Notes: generated by a model from the letters alone, not told the origin. A stretch of DNA of 64,000 nucleotides from Octopus sinensis (GCF_006345805.1 NC_043000.1:29202001-29266000); one strand, 5' to 3'. Shown: positions 1 through 14,014, counted from the first letter of the stretch. Translations and numbers: made by a program.

Positions 1-107
1 GTCTCCTAGGACTAAATTACAGCAACATTCGTCCTAAACCAGGACTGCCATGTTATGCTGGCAAACAAAATTTACTCCTAACTATCTTTCTCCCTAAATA
101 TCTCTTA

Positions 108-143
<36 letters not shown>

Positions 144-221
144 AATAAACAAAGCAGGCGGAAACTGAGAGAAGCTCAACGCATGTGTATCAATATATAT
201 GTATATATATATATATGTAAA

Positions 222-500
222 ACAGCAAAGACCCCTTCGGCCCTGAATGACCATGGGACTGCACCTAGAAAGTTACCCTCCGAGTCAAGGTTGTTTATGG
301 AAGACCAGCAGTCACCCATGTATACCAGCCTCACTTCTCCCCCGATGCTATCTGAGGGAAAGGCAAAGGCTGATGTAGCTTGGCACCAGTGACGTCGCAA
401 ATCATTTCTACAGATGAGAGAACTGGAGCAACATGAAATAAAGTGTCTTGCTCAAGAACACAACACGCAACCCGGTCCTGGAGTCAACTCACTACTCATG
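222..500 (-). mobile_element. tRNA-derived SINE, family C head/core with RTE-like tail (C')
   Basis: Shares core ggagcaacatgaaataaagtgtcttgctcaagaacacaac with family C; tail nearly identical to 20180-20530. Confidence 0.75.
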
Positions 501-1069
501 ATATATATAATTCATTTATATATATATATATATAGATATATATATACTATATATTATATATATATATATATTATATATATATATATAGTATATATATATA
601 TATATACAGACACATACAGACACACACACACACATATATATATACATATATATACATATTTCGTTTTTGGATTTGGTTGCAAGATTCTTTATGTGAGTTC
701 CTGTGTTGAAGCATATTCTGTTGTGTCTGGGGAGAGTCATTCTCTTTTGATCAAAACTATTGAAAAGGTTGCAAGACGCAATGAAAATTTTAGAAAAAAA
801 AGAAAGAAGTGAAAATTTTACCGGTGAGTGTGTTAAATTATAAAGCATCAAAAGAGAATGTCACTCCCCAGACACAACAGTATATATATAATATATATAT
901 TATATATATATAATAATATACAGTGTACATTTAAACACATAAGAGGCTTCTTATGTGTAAACTCTACACTGTATTTAATAAAAATATATAGTCTATTGGC
1001 TAAATTTTTATACGCGAGGCCACTGGTGATGGAAATTTCTAATATTTCTGATACTCTTTGATATTATTA

Positions 1070-1102
<33 letters not shown>

Positions 1103-1514
1103 GTATATATATGTATATATATGTAGTATATATAGCAGGGACGTGCCATCTGGGTAGGCAAGGTAGGCAGTCCCTACCTTGAATAAAATAGATTGATAAC
1201 AACATTTACCTTTCATAGCAAAATATGGACCTAATTCAATAAAATTTTCAAGATTACTATGTATGAAATGCAAAATATTTCATTCTTTTGTAGATTAGGT
1301 AGGCATAATTCACCCCTGCCTTTCAATCTCAGTATTAAATCTACGCATAGTACTGCTGTAGTACACAGACTGCATACATTCTTACAACAACGTTTTCTAC
1401 GTGCTATAAATCTACTTCAACTCAGTCATGCGCCTGTGTTTCGCTTATTTTGTGTGTTTTACTACATAAAGGTTACCAATGCCTACCTGAGTAATTACTG
1501 ATGGTTATGCCTGA

Positions 1515-1570
<56 letters not shown>

Positions 1571-1573
<3 letters not shown>

Positions 1574-1690
1574 GAAATTTATAGAAAACAAAAGATGAAG
1601 ACATGTGTATGAACCACAAGCAAGTGTAATATTGACACTCGGGAAGAATGAAAAGTCTTTTACGTTTCGAACCTACGCTCTTCAACACTT
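1571..1690 (-). mobile_element. Short PLE-derived repeat with hammerhead-like motif (family H1)
   Basis: aagtcttttacgtttcgaacctacgctcttcaac matches copies at 14.2, 21.8, 26.9 and 63.7 kb; abuts (TA)n. Confidence 0.6.
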
Positions 1691-1998
1691 CTATAATCCT
1701 TAAACAAGAATATTATTGACAGTGGCATCGACGTTTCTGGCAGTTATGCTATCATCAGACCGTCAAAAATGTTCTTATCTAAGACTAATAAATTCATACT
1801 CTACAGAAGTATAAAATAACTCATCAGATTAATGTAATATCGTAATAATATATTAATGTTGCCAGAGGCTGTATTAATGCCGACGTGGGCATAAATATTG
1901 CTTCTAATGCAAAATTTTTATTATAATGGAATATAACCACACACACACACCACACCCCCATACACATACATACACACACACACACAACACACACACAA

Positions 1999-2030
<32 letters not shown>

Positions 2031-2269
2031 TACACACACACACACACACACACTTATAACATACATATATGCATATATATACGTATGTACACAAATACTC
2101 ACACAAACACATATATATCTATATACATACGTACATTTATACATACATATTTGCGTATGGATACACATTTTAAATTCAAATCTGATGAATGTTGTGAGTT
2201 AGGTATATCTCATCGTGAAGTTACCGTCTCTGAGGACAACAAAGTTCCACTCCCATATCTTGTCTCAAC

Positions 2270-2296
2270 ACCTTCGTCCCTACAACAACAACAGCA

Positions 2297-2328
<32 letters not shown>

Positions 2329-2925
2329 AGCCACTACTACCACCATAACAATCACAAACTCCACCAACACCACCATCACCTTTATTGCCACCACTACCAC
2401 CACCACTACCACCACAACAACCACCACCACCACCACCACCATCACCACTACCACCACCACTGCCATCACCACCACTGCCAACACCACCACAACCACCACC
2501 ACCACCACTACCAACATCACCACCACCACCACCACCAATGCCAACATCACCACCACCACCACCACTATCACCACCATCACCACCACGAACACCACAGACA
2601 CCATCACGACATCCACTATCGCCACCTCCACCATCACCACCACAACCATCACAACCGCCATAACCATCACAATAACCACCACCATCACCACCTCCATCAC
2701 ACCTCCACCACCATCATTATCATCATCGTCGTACCACCACCATCATCATCACCATCACCATCATTATCGTTTTCATCACCACCACCACAACCACCACCAC
2801 CTCCAATACCACCACCACCACCACTACTACCACCACCATTATCGTCGTCACCACCACTACTACCACTACCATTATCGTCGTCACCACCACCACCACCACC
2901 ATCACCACGACCACTGCGACAACCT
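2270..2925. repeat. Compound trinucleotide low-complexity block (CAA/CTA/CAC/CAT)n
   Basis: Directly visible; explains the poly-His/Pro/Val ORFs. Confidence 0.95.
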
Positions 2926-3139
2926 CTTTCTTCCCAGATTCTCTATCAAGCTTCATACATGTTTTTCCTTTTTATAAAACTGTTTCCATTTAAAACAAAT
3001 TTCCTGTACATGTTTCCTATTTCTCCATTGCCGTCCTATAGAAATTTCAAGACAAAACAAATAAAAAATAAATAAAAAGAAAAGAAAAAGAAGCAATTTA
3101 ATCAATCATCTGTCCACACTTCCGTTCCACATTGCAATA

Positions 3140-3320
3140 TCCCTGATCAAATTTACCATCGAACTCCTACACGATACATCTCACCTTCCTAATATCGACC
3201 CACCAAGACAGAAATACAAAAAAACAAATAGACAGGAACCTCAAGTCAGGCTGAATGGTTGTGTTTATCGAACTATATACTAAATAAATAATCGTTCTAT
3301 TTTGGTAACAGCTTCTATGT
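3140..3320 (+). pseudogene. Possible decayed Penelope-like RT fragment
   Basis: IKFTIELLHDTSHLPNID...VYRT resembles the PLE RT motif IKFTxE...LPFLD...VYRK. Confidence 0.35.
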
Positions 3321-3479
3321 ATCATTACTTGTGTGAGATTCGGTGACAAGGTGGACTTAGGTTATATTTGTTTTCGTTACAAAATTTGTTTTCGATAAAA
3401 CCCTGTTGAAGTTTTCAAGCCTCAATTTTTTTTTAATATAAATTAGTACGAGTGAAGTGTATGAGGTATACATTTGTAT

Positions 3480-3870
3480 ATATTTGTTTATTGCCCACAG
3501 GGGGTTAAACACAGAGGGGGACAAACAAGGACGGACAAATGGATTAAGTCGATTACATCGACACCAGTGCGTAGCTGGTACTTATTTAAACGACCCCAAA
3601 AGGATGAAAGGCAAAGTCGACCTTGACGCATTTGAACTCGGAACGTAACAGCAAACGAAATACCTATTTCTTTACTACCCACAAGGGGCTAAACACAGAG
3701 GGGACAAACAAGGACAGACACACGGATTAACTGGTACTTAATTTATCGACCCCGAAAGGATGAAAGGCAAAGTCGACCTCGGCGGAATTTGAACTCAGAG
3801 CGTAAAGGCAGACGAAATACGGCTACGCATTTCGCTCGGCGTGCTAAAGTTTCTGCCAGCTCGCTGCCCT
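3480..3870 (-). mobile_element. SINE family A, head+body+extra body
   Basis: Head ggcagcgagctggcagaaac, B-box gagttcaaattcc, core gaggtcgactttgcctttcatcctttcggggtcgataaa; two bodies. Confidence 0.9.
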
Positions 3871-4244
3871 TAAGAATTATCTGTATAGAGCCTTACGACT
3901 ATATACAACAGAAGAAAAAAATGATGATTATACAAATACCACAAATATAACAAAAAAAAACAACAAAACAACAACCTTGCAGCTATCAAACGAATTAAGT
4001 GGGGTAGCGAAGGGTGAAATGGAGAAAGTCCTAATGGACGCAGCAGGAGCCCAGACCAGCATGGCCAGTCAGGTCAAAAGCAGGGCAAAAAAGAACGGTA
4101 TCACTTTCACTAGACACCGGTCACGTGACAAAATTAATGTGTGGTTTTCCATCATTATATTCGAAAACAACTTTACATTATTGAAGAATTACTCAACACT
4201 TTTCAGTAGATATCGAGTTTATAAAGCTTTTTACAAAGACAAGG

Positions 4245-4332
4245 TTGACAGTGACTTCGAATTTCGGTTCGCTTCTCTTCGTTCGACTGTCTTACGAAGG
4301 TGAGCGAACCGAAACTTCAAAGTCACTGTTAA
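4245..4332. other. 88-nt near-perfect hairpin
   Basis: ttgacagtgacttcgaatttcggttcgct pairs with agcgaaccgaaacttcaaagtcactgttaa; inner cttcgt/acgaag stem. Confidence 0.85.
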
Positions 4333-4340
4333 TGTTTTCC

Positions 4341-4391
<51 letters not shown>

Positions 4392-4392
<1 letters not shown>

Positions 4393-4680
4393 ATCCGTTA
4401 AGACGACAAGGATTCCAATCGATCCGATCAACGGAACAGCTTGCTCATGAAATTAATGTGCAAGTGGCTGAGTACTCCACAGACACACATGACCTTAACA
4501 TAGTTCACAGAATGTGACAAGGCTGGCATTTTGAAATACAGGTACTACTCATTTTTATTAGCTTAGTGGACTGGAACAACGTGAAATAAAGTGTCTTGCT
4601 CAAGGAGATAACGCGACACCTGGAGTCGAACTGATGACATTATGATCGTCAACATCCTAACCACTAAGCCTCGCGCCTTC
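4392..4680 (-). mobile_element. SINE family C
   Basis: Same tail (acggaacagc...gtggctgag) and core as 53003-53322 and 58652-58965. Confidence 0.8.
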
Positions 4681-5438
4681 ACAATATAAATTAGTGTACA
4701 TTTAAACACAAAGAGGCGATCCTTAGCAGGTCGTCTTACATACTAGAAGGAATAATCAAAAAGTCCCAACCAAAGTTAAGACCAATTTCGAAAGGAATGA
4801 AAAGTAAAAAAAAAAAAACATTTACCATGTTTTACAGCCGAACCTTAGGTTTCGAACACTAATTAGCAAATAAAATAATTTGCAAGGCGAAGTTCTCATC
4901 AGCAGATACGCCAAAATATTAACATCTATACATATAAAGCTGAAGTTGTCTGTGTGTGTGTCTGTGTATGGCAGGTTTGGTAGCCTTCAATTAACACTAT
5001 CTCATCCGAGACCCTGCGGCGCAAGTTGACCAAAATTGAGAGTATGATAGAAGAAGGCTTGCTCTTCATTCCGCAGAAGAAACAATTCAAATCAGACCAT
5101 GTTAACACCAAAAATTATTTACATCAAAAAGGTGCTTTTTTTCTATGAAAATCCCTATTTTTTTACGATTTTGGACTGCTGTGTCACCATTTTTCGTTGT
5201 ATTTCAACCAGAAAAAAGTTCACTTATAGAGAATAACAAGCTACATAATGCAAAATATTCTGTGAGCAAGGGAGCGTACTACTCCCTCCTTGCTACTAGT
5301 AGTTCCAACAGTACCAGTGGTTTTTATACACCAATGGCTTCTCTCTCTCTCTCTATGTATATATATATATATATGTTACGGAGGTGTATTTGTATAGCAA
5401 GTGACCTGATCTGAAATCGTGTGCGCTGAAACAAAATT

Positions 5439-5707
5439 AATTGCAGCGTGGAAGGTGGTTATAAGCCATTTAAAAAACACACAAAATCCGTTAGATTCAC
5501 TTCAACATTTAAATTTAATTTGGCAAAATATTTTCGTCGCTTTGAGACTGCGACCTTTTCACCGAAAGCACGGAATTTTGTCAGTGATTAGGTCGCAGTC
5601 TCAAAGCGACGAAAATATTTTGGCAAATTAAATTTAAAGGACGAAGTGAATCTAATGGTTTTTGTGTGTTTTTTAAATGGCTTATAAACATCTTCCACGC
5701 TGCAATT
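5439..5707. repeat. Foldback, ~118-bp arms with 33-bp spacer, hammerhead-like motif in each arm (family H4)
   Basis: 5439-5556 is the reverse complement of 5590-5707; related degenerate copy near 17150-17330. Confidence 0.85.
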
Positions 5708-6394
5708 GTATAGATTTATGATTAATTCTATAGCCATTTATAAACTCTGAATACCCCAGTTTAAGGTAAAATATTTAATACTATACTAAGCATTAGTAAA
5801 ATTAAGCATTCGTAAGACCTACTAAGGAAACAAAACTAAAATATTTTCTGCCTGTTCTGACCCATAAAGAAATCCCAATTAAAATGTATTCTTAATCAGT
5901 TTCGGTTGACTTCTCATCGCGAATGTAAACCCAGAACAAGTACTGCCTTCGTCGCACTCGTTTTTCTCTACAGCATTTGAAATTACTTCAAATTTGAAAG
6001 CCACCAGTTCTTTGTGAGAAAACAAATGCTATCTCAAGAAAGACCTCCTGACCTATTGGTAAATAACCATCGGCAAATGAGTTATGACTACTAACTCTGA
6101 AATGCTATGTGTTTTAGCTATTTGTAATATCATCATTACTGTAGTACCTTCATGTCAAGTTGGGTACTGGTAGATTGAGCGGAAAATATCAACAGTGAAC
6201 CTAACATTCGACAAAGCAGTTTCTATAAGCAATTTCGATCGCATACAACAATAGTTCTCAACCAAGGTGAATATAACCATTGGGTGGGGCCATATAAGAT
6301 TTTGTTAAAATTTGTTTAATAAACTGGTAATACTTATATAATTCACAAAATATTTTCACAATCTTTTTTATGCAATTTCTAGTAATTTATTTAT

Positions 6395-6685
6395 TTATGC
6401 GCCCTTTTCAAGCCTAGCCAGGCTCATGGGCCTGGTGTCCCGGTTTCTGTGGCGTATGTGCTCCCCCGCTCCCGCCCAGCTGGACGGGACGCCAGTCCAT
6501 CGCAGCGTTACTAAAGAAACAAGAATAAAGAGTGAGAGAAAGTTGGGGCGAAAGAGTACAACAGGGATCGCCGTCACCCACTGCCGGAGCATCGTGGAGC
6601 TTTAGGTGTTTTCGCTCAATAAACACACACAACGCCCGGTCTGGGAATCGAAACCGCGATCCTCCGACCGCGAGTCCGCTGCCTC
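6395..6685 (-). mobile_element. SINE family B head with alternative tail (B')
   Basis: Head gcggactcgcggtcggaggatcgcggtttcgattccc; tail gcgatggactggcgtcccgtccag shared with 27731-28030. Confidence 0.85.
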
Positions 6686-6704
6686 CACACAATTTCTTGT
6701 AATA

Positions 6705-6845
6705 TTAGGTTGTCCCAAAAGTTCGTAAACACTTGCGAAAATTGAATTTTTACTCGCCAAGTACTAACAAAAACAACAAAATTTATTCCTCAAAATAAAG
6801 ACTATTATTTTCCAACACTTTCTACGAACTTTTGGGACAACCTTA
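6705..6845. mobile_element. Mariner-type MITE, 141 bp
   Basis: TIRs ttaggttgtcccaaaagttcgta / tacgaacttttgggacaacctta, TA on both flanks. Confidence 0.85.
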
Positions 6846-7359
6846 TACTTAGTTAAAAAAATATAATAGGATTTTTTAAACATCGACTAGCAAGGGGGTC
6901 CATCCGACGAAAATAGAAACGAAAGGAGTCCACTGGTAAAAAATGGCGTAGAGCATGTCAAGAGACGGGAGACACATTGGTCATCCATTGTACCTGGTCT
7001 CATCTCCTGTCTCTACAGCTCAAGATGAGAACAGGGTGTGAGACTCGACCTCCTTTCAGTCAAACGCATCACACAAGTCATCAGTCATCGTTCATTCCAC
7101 TCCTCAGTATGGTTGTTTGGCACACGACTGACACCAACTAAAGGTCAGCTAATCTTGTTGTATTCACAGCAGGATCTCTATATGTCTCCGTTGGAGTCTA
7201 ATGTCGGCTCTGTACTGATTAATCGGTTCACAGCAGGATGTTCATCTCTAACAATGAAATACTGTTACTTCCGGTTCCGGTTATCTGCATGATTCTCTGT
7301 AGGATTGTGTGCCTTGTTGAAGAAGCATACACTAACAACTTTATTTCACCGACATTTTA

Positions 7360-7572
7360 TTTCACGGTTTTCCAGTACAACAAGCTGGCAAAATGAGTAG
7401 AACCTGTATTTCAAAGGGCCAGCCTTATCGCATTGTGTGTTATGCTGAATCTCCCAGAGAACTACCTTAAGGGTATGCGTGTCTGCGGAGTACTCACGTT
7501 CGTTTCACGTGCAGAATGTTCCGTTGATGGAATCAACTGGAACACTCATCGTCGTAACCGACGGAATGCTAG
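7360..7572 (+). mobile_element. SINE family B/C 3' half
   Basis: cctgtatttcaaagggccagcc...cgtcgtaaccgacggaatgc tail. Confidence 0.75.
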
Positions 7573-7599
7573 CCTCTGTGGGGTTTGTATTTATGTTTG

Positions 7600-7612
7600 T
7601 GTGTCCCGGTGT

Positions 7613-7648
<36 letters not shown>

Positions 7649-8521
7649 TCTGCATCTGTGTGTGCGTGTGCGTGTCTGAGTTTGTGTCTGCACTTGTGTG
7701 TGTGCATATGTGTGTGTGCATATGTGTGTGTATGAGTCTGTTTGCATTTGTGTGTGTATGTATGTGTGTCTGCATTTGTGTGTGTGTGTGAGAGAGTCTG
7801 TGTCTATATTTGTGTGTATGGGGGTGTCTGTATTTGTGCGTCTGCATTTCTGTGTGTGTGTATGTGTGAGTCTGTTTGCATCTGTGTGTGTGTGTACGTG
7901 TCTGACTTTGTGTCTGCACTTGTGTGTGTGCATGTGTGTGAGTCTGTCTGCATTTCTGTGTGTGTGCATGTGTGTGAGTCTGTCTGCATTTGTGTGTGTA
8001 TGTGTGTGTGTGTCTTTGTGTGTTGTAGATGTGTGTGTGTGTGTTCATCCATATATACCTCCCTATCTCCCTGTCTGTCTATCTGACAATCCTGTCTGTC
8101 GATCCCTCTGTCTACCTGCCCGTCTGTCTGCCTGCCAGTGTGCCTGCCTGCCTGTGTGTCTGTCTGTCTGTCTGTCTGTGTTTCTCACCATGTCTGCATG
8201 TCTGTTTGTCTCTGATATGTCTGTTTGAGTGTATATATTTGACTGAACATATACAAGTTCCTGTTCGCCCGTCAGTTTTGTGTATATATATATATATATG
8301 TATGTATGAATGCATGCATGCATGTATGTATATCTATATGTGTGTATGTATGTTTATATGTAAATCTGTGTGTATCTATTCGTCTGTGAGTCTATGTGTG
8401 TTTATATATACCCACTTGTGTGTATCTGTATCTATTTGTGCGTGCGTGTGTGTATATCTGTTTGTGTGTCTGTATTCCTCTGTCTCTGCATGTGTGTGTA
8501 TATATACACCCATTTGCGTGC

Positions 8522-8558
<37 letters not shown>

Positions 8559-8600
8559 GTGTATGTTTATGTGTGTATACCTGTTTGTGTCTGTACGTCT
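7600..8600. repeat. (GT)n-derived minisatellite with recurring gagtctgt(c/t)tgcatttg units
   Basis: Directly visible repeated units. Confidence 0.85.
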
Positions 8601-9931
8601 GTGATCCAATTTGTCCGAGAAAATAACCCAAACAAATCGAAACCAAAAAAAAACCAAACGAAAATGCAAAAACAAAAACAACTCAGAACGCCATTAATAT
8701 TTTATAATGTGTTGCTGTTTTTTTTTTGTTTTATTTGTCGGATTAAATGAAAATCTCTTTACCTCATTACTGTCCACAGGTTATTATCATTTCTTCTCCA
8801 ATCAGTTCCTTATGCTATTATTAATGCTGCTGCGGCTGCTGCTGCTGCTACCGTTGCTGCTGTTGTTACTGTTGTTACCACTGCCATTGCTGCTGTATTA
8901 GATTTTAATATCCAGTGTTTCAGCCTATGGCTGGCAGCTGACTGCTGCTGTTGATGGTGATGGTGATGGTGTTAGTGGTGTTGGTGGCGGTGGGGTGTTA
9001 TTATAACATTTCATGTCAGCGGTTAATTTCCGACGTGGAATTAATCCGCTGGAGTAGAATGTATGAGGGGAGGGCAATGAGAGGGGGGTAAAGTCGAAAA
9101 TTCAAGGATAATTATCTCTCTCTCTTTCTCTCTCTCCCTCCATGTCTCCGCTTTACGTCTCTTTCTCTCTCTGCCACTCTCCCCCATTCTCATTCTTACT
9201 TGCAACTACCAAACGTTTCTCCTATAATTCCTCCAGCAACCATCTCTGCACGATTGTTCTTTTACTGATCTCTCTCTCTCTCTCTCTCTTGCCGTTTCTC
9301 TCTGCCTCTATCTCTCTCTTTCGCTTTCTCTTTCCCTGTCCCTTCCACCGCTCTCTTCCTCCCTTCTGTCTCCTCCCTTTTCGTCCTTCTCCCTTTCACA
9401 CTCCTTCATTCTTACATACAACTACCAACTGTTTCTCCTATATTTTCCCCCGCAACCATCTCCGCACGAGTGTTCGTTTACTGCTCTCACTCACTCACTC
9501 ACTCTCTTCTTTTCTTTCCTTGTCTCTTTCTCTCTCCTTATGTGACTCAAGTAGACGAGCAGGTTTCCTCCCCATAACCTGCTGTGATCCACAGCTAATA
9601 TGAACAACATCAATAGTCTCGGGCAACAACGCAACAGGTTTCGATCTTTTAATCATTTCCCTCCTTCATGTCATTACAACTGTCGTCACCACAATCACCA
9701 CCATCATCCTCATCGTCGTCCTCTCCACCATCATCCTCATCGTCGTCCTCTCCACCATCACCATCACCATCACCGTCACCATCACCATCACCATCATTAT
9801 CTCAGCTACCATAATGTATATGTGTCTCTGCGCGTGTATGTATCTGTCGATGGATCTTTCACTGAACATCTATCTATCTATCTATCTATCTATCTAAAAA
9901 TATATGGACATGTGTGTATGTGTGCGTATAT

Positions 9932-9966
<35 letters not shown>

Positions 9967-10413
9967 TAGTATATATATATATATATAGATGTATATATAC
10001 ACATGTATAGATATGCATATATGTGTGAGTATATGTATGTATAGGTATCGTTATCGCCATCTTCATTATACTCTCCTAGTTATCATCACCATCAACATGA
10101 TCATTATCGCAATCATCATCATCATCATCATCATCATTTTACAATTTTCTTTTTACTACTTTGAAAACATTTCCCGCCATCCTACTCTTTCTCCTCCATT
10201 ACTTTCTTCTGGATCTTTTTCTTTTTCTCTTTCTCCATCTCTTCTACATCTTCGCCCCTCCTTCATCTCCATTTCTCTTCTTCTTCTTCTTCTCTTCTTC
10301 TTCTTCTTCTTCTTCTTCTTCTTCTTCTTCTTCTTCTTCTTCTTCTTCTCTTTCCAGTTCTTCAGATGAATCTGTAAAATAACGGTTCCCATTTGTTCTC
10401 TCTCACTCACTCA

Positions 10414-10444
<31 letters not shown>

Positions 10445-11454
10445 CCTCCCTTCTCTGTTTCTCACTGAATATATTCTTAGATAACACCATCCAATTCTCA
10501 TTGGGTTCTGGCAGAATTGGTATTGAATCGAAACCCTACGAATCCTTTTTGTCTTAACCTCTCCCCGTTCTCAGAAAACTTACAGGACCCAAACGAATCG
10601 AGTAGTTTCAAATATATCTAAAGGGCATCCAGTCCTCTAGAGGTGGGATATCAAGCGAAATAATCCATGGCGTGTGATATTTTATATCTTTTTCAATCAG
10701 GAGAGAAGAAGATATTCATGGTCCGAGGTTGATGTGAGAGTAGGCAAGAGGGAGGAAGGTACCCCAAAACCTCAAACTTCACCTGAATGCTTGTAACGGA
10801 ATCGACTTAACAGAAGGCACCCTTATTCCGGGTAACACGTCAGACTAGGAGACGACCTATTGACCTCCATGTCCAAGTAAGGCCACAGAATGTGAAGAAC
10901 CAGAACAAATAACGCAAAGAATTTGGTCTAACGTTTTACAGTTCCGCCAATTCGGGTCTTTATGTTCCGTGTTCAAATCCTGCTGGAGTTGACTTTGCCT
11001 TTCCCCCACTTGAGGTAAAAATGAAGAGCTGAAATTGAGTTAGCCCACTTTAACCCTCTCAAAATTTCTAGCCTTTTGCTTATATTAGAAACCCGTATTA
11101 TTATCCCGTCTGATAAGAGTACACCAGACACATGCAGCAAAACCACGTGAAAGACATGGTAACCTCATATCAAGCAAAACAACACATGACCTTGTAGTTG
11201 GGGCCCAGTTAGATTTTTCTTCAGGTCGAATAGCCCATATCGCTCAGAAGGTCACTGAATAAGGGTCCACCGCCGCCCTCCTTCAATCGGGAAGACAAGG
11301 CAGTTTTCTTTTGCCTAGAGGCTGTGGCGAAAGAGGTTGTTTGGTGCACAAGGCTTAAAGGCACGAGGACAAGTACATTCCTGTTTGGTTGAGCTTTCAT
11401 TGACTTCTTTAAGTTTAACTTGAAAAGAAAATTGAGAGTCGAGAGAGAGAAGTG

Positions 11455-11880
11455 CTGTACCCAACAATGCTGTCTTCGGGATCACTTCGAGCCTGACAGC
11501 AGCTCCAATATTCTTAATATGTTTTTCAAAGCTCTTGGAAACTGTTCCTAATGTTCCAATTACTACCGGTATCACCATTACTTTCCTCATGCCCCATAAC
11601 TTTCCTATCTCGTCCCGCAGTGGCTGGTATTTCTCGGTCTTTTCTGTTTCCTTACATTTCACCCTCGAATCGCCTGGTATTGCAACGTCAATTATCTCTA
11701 ATCTTTTTTCAGCTTTATGACGAGCATGATATCTGGTCTCTATGACTTGGTCACATTGCATGTTAAAATCCCAGAGTATTTTGTAATGTTCGTTTTCCAT
11801 TACTCCCTCTGGCTTGTGTTCATATCATTGCTCGGCTCTCTCGAAATTTGCTTTACCGCACAACAGCCAGTAGAGATATC
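11455..11880 (-). pseudogene. R4/Dong-type non-LTR retrotransposon RLE-domain fragment
   Basis: ENEHYKILWDFNMQCD...IIDVAIPGD...EKTEKYQPL...VIPVVIGTLG...KTALLGT; 5' junction in (TAA)n. Confidence 0.9.
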
Positions 11881-11890
11881 TGGCCACGTT

Positions 11891-12362
<472 letters not shown>

Positions 12363-12479
12363 TAGCTTGGCAGTTTTACTTTTATTGCTTGCCTTCATTG
12401 CAGAATCAATCTCGATTCTGTCTGGCTTGGAGCTCTCGTCTATAGACTGTGTGTTCCTTCATTGTATTGAGTAAACATT

Positions 12480-12890
12480 ATATAATATATATGGCCAGTG
12501 ATTAGCATTACCATTTCACGTATGTTGTGTTTTTGTGCAAGTCTTGCAATTTTGGGCTTTATATTTGCCTGTACCACATTTTATCTTTTCTAAGACACCT
12601 GTTATTATGAAGATTATTTTTGTTTTCAATACCCACATTCTGTTTATCGCTATTCCCAGGCATTTATATTCGCAGAGTTCTTCAAAGATACATTGTCTTT
12701 CATTGGAATTCATATGCTGATTAGGACAGTTTTTTTCCTGATGGTCTTTGACAATAATATCTAAAATATTTTCTTTAATCTCCCAGCCTCTGTGAATCGG
12801 CATGTTCCAGGCTTTGGTATCTTTGTCATTCTTGTGATATATTTTCTGATATGTGCGTTGGAGTGGTTGTGTGTGTTTGTCCACTTACTT
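12480..12890 (-). pseudogene. Decayed R4/Dong-type RLE fragment
   Basis: WNMPIHRGWEIKENILDIIVKDHQEKNC...IAINRMWVLKTKII resembles W-PI-TD-I-N-PD-V-D motif; 3' side runs toward the (TAA)n block. Confidence 0.7.
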
Positions 12891-12958
12891 CTCCGTGAAT
12901 ATATTCTGAAAGTTGGCAAAGTTTTCAGTGTTTGAAAACTCCAATTCAGTCATGCGTG

Positions 12959-13011
<53 letters not shown>

Positions 13012-13061
13012 GGGTGTGTGTGTATGTATATATATATATATAATATATATATATATATACA

Positions 13062-13092
<31 letters not shown>

Positions 13093-13152
13093 GTATATAT
13101 ACATATATATATGTATATATATATATATACATACATATATATATGTATATAT

Positions 13153-13200
<48 letters not shown>

Positions 13201-13240
13201 GTATGTATGTATGTATGTGTATATATACATACATATATGT

Positions 13241-13626
13241 GGAGGCGCAATGGCCCGGTGGTTAGGGAAGCGGACTCACGGTCGTAGGATCGTGGTTTCG
13301 ATTCACAGGTCAGGCGTTGTAAGTGTTTATTGAGCGAAAACACCTGAAGCTCCACCACGAGGCTCCGGCAGCGGGGGAGGGGGGTTGACCCTGCCGTACT
13401 CTTTCACCACAACTTTCTCTCACTCTTTCTTCCTGTTTCTATTGTACCTGTATTCCAAAGGGGCCAGCCTTGTCACACTCTGTGTCACGCCGAATCTCTC
13501 CGAGAACTACGTTAAGGGTACACGTGTCTGTGGAGTGCTCAGTCACCTGCACGTTAATTTCACGAGCAGGCTGTTCCGTTGATCGGATTAGCTGGAACCC
13601 TCATCATCGTAACCGACAGAATGCCA
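13241..13626 (+). mobile_element. SINE family B, full length (~390 bp)
   Basis: tRNA-like head ggaggcgcaatggcccggtggttaggg...gtttcgattc; same body and tail as 22755 and 62191 copies. Confidence 0.92.
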
Positions 13627-13645
13627 CAATACATACATACATACA

Positions 13646-13683
<38 letters not shown>

Positions 13684-13792
13684 ATATATATATATATATA
13701 ATATATATATATATATAATATATATATATATGTATATATATTGGTGAGAGAATTGGTATGTGAAAGCACGTGGTTGGATGTATAAAAGACAA

Positions 13793-14014
13793 AAAAGAGT
13801 GAAAAAACTACAGAAGGCTTGTGTTATATGGTTAAAGAATATATTTAAATCGTTATGTTAGAAAAATGTTATAAAACTTTGTGTATAGTAACATAGTTAA
13901 AGAATTTCTCTAAAAACTATGTTACTATACACAAAATTTTATAACATTTTTCTAGCATAACGATTTAAATATATTCTTTAACCATATAACACAAGCCATC
14001 TGTAGTTTTTTCAC

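Noticed and set aside
2215-3075. 286-aa His/Pro-rich ORF and overlapping poly-Val/Pro ORFs
   Set aside because: Stop-free trinucleotide repeat; open in several frames and on both strands
3977-4129. ORF LSNELSGVAKGEMEKVLMDAAG and a GTCACGTGAC E-box palindrome at 4120-4129
   Set aside because: No recognisable family, weak splice donors, and a single short motif cannot establish a promoter
7433-8750. Many Cys/Val and His/Thr-rich ORFs here and throughout the window
   Set aside because: Translations of (GT)n, (TA)n and (CATA)n repeats
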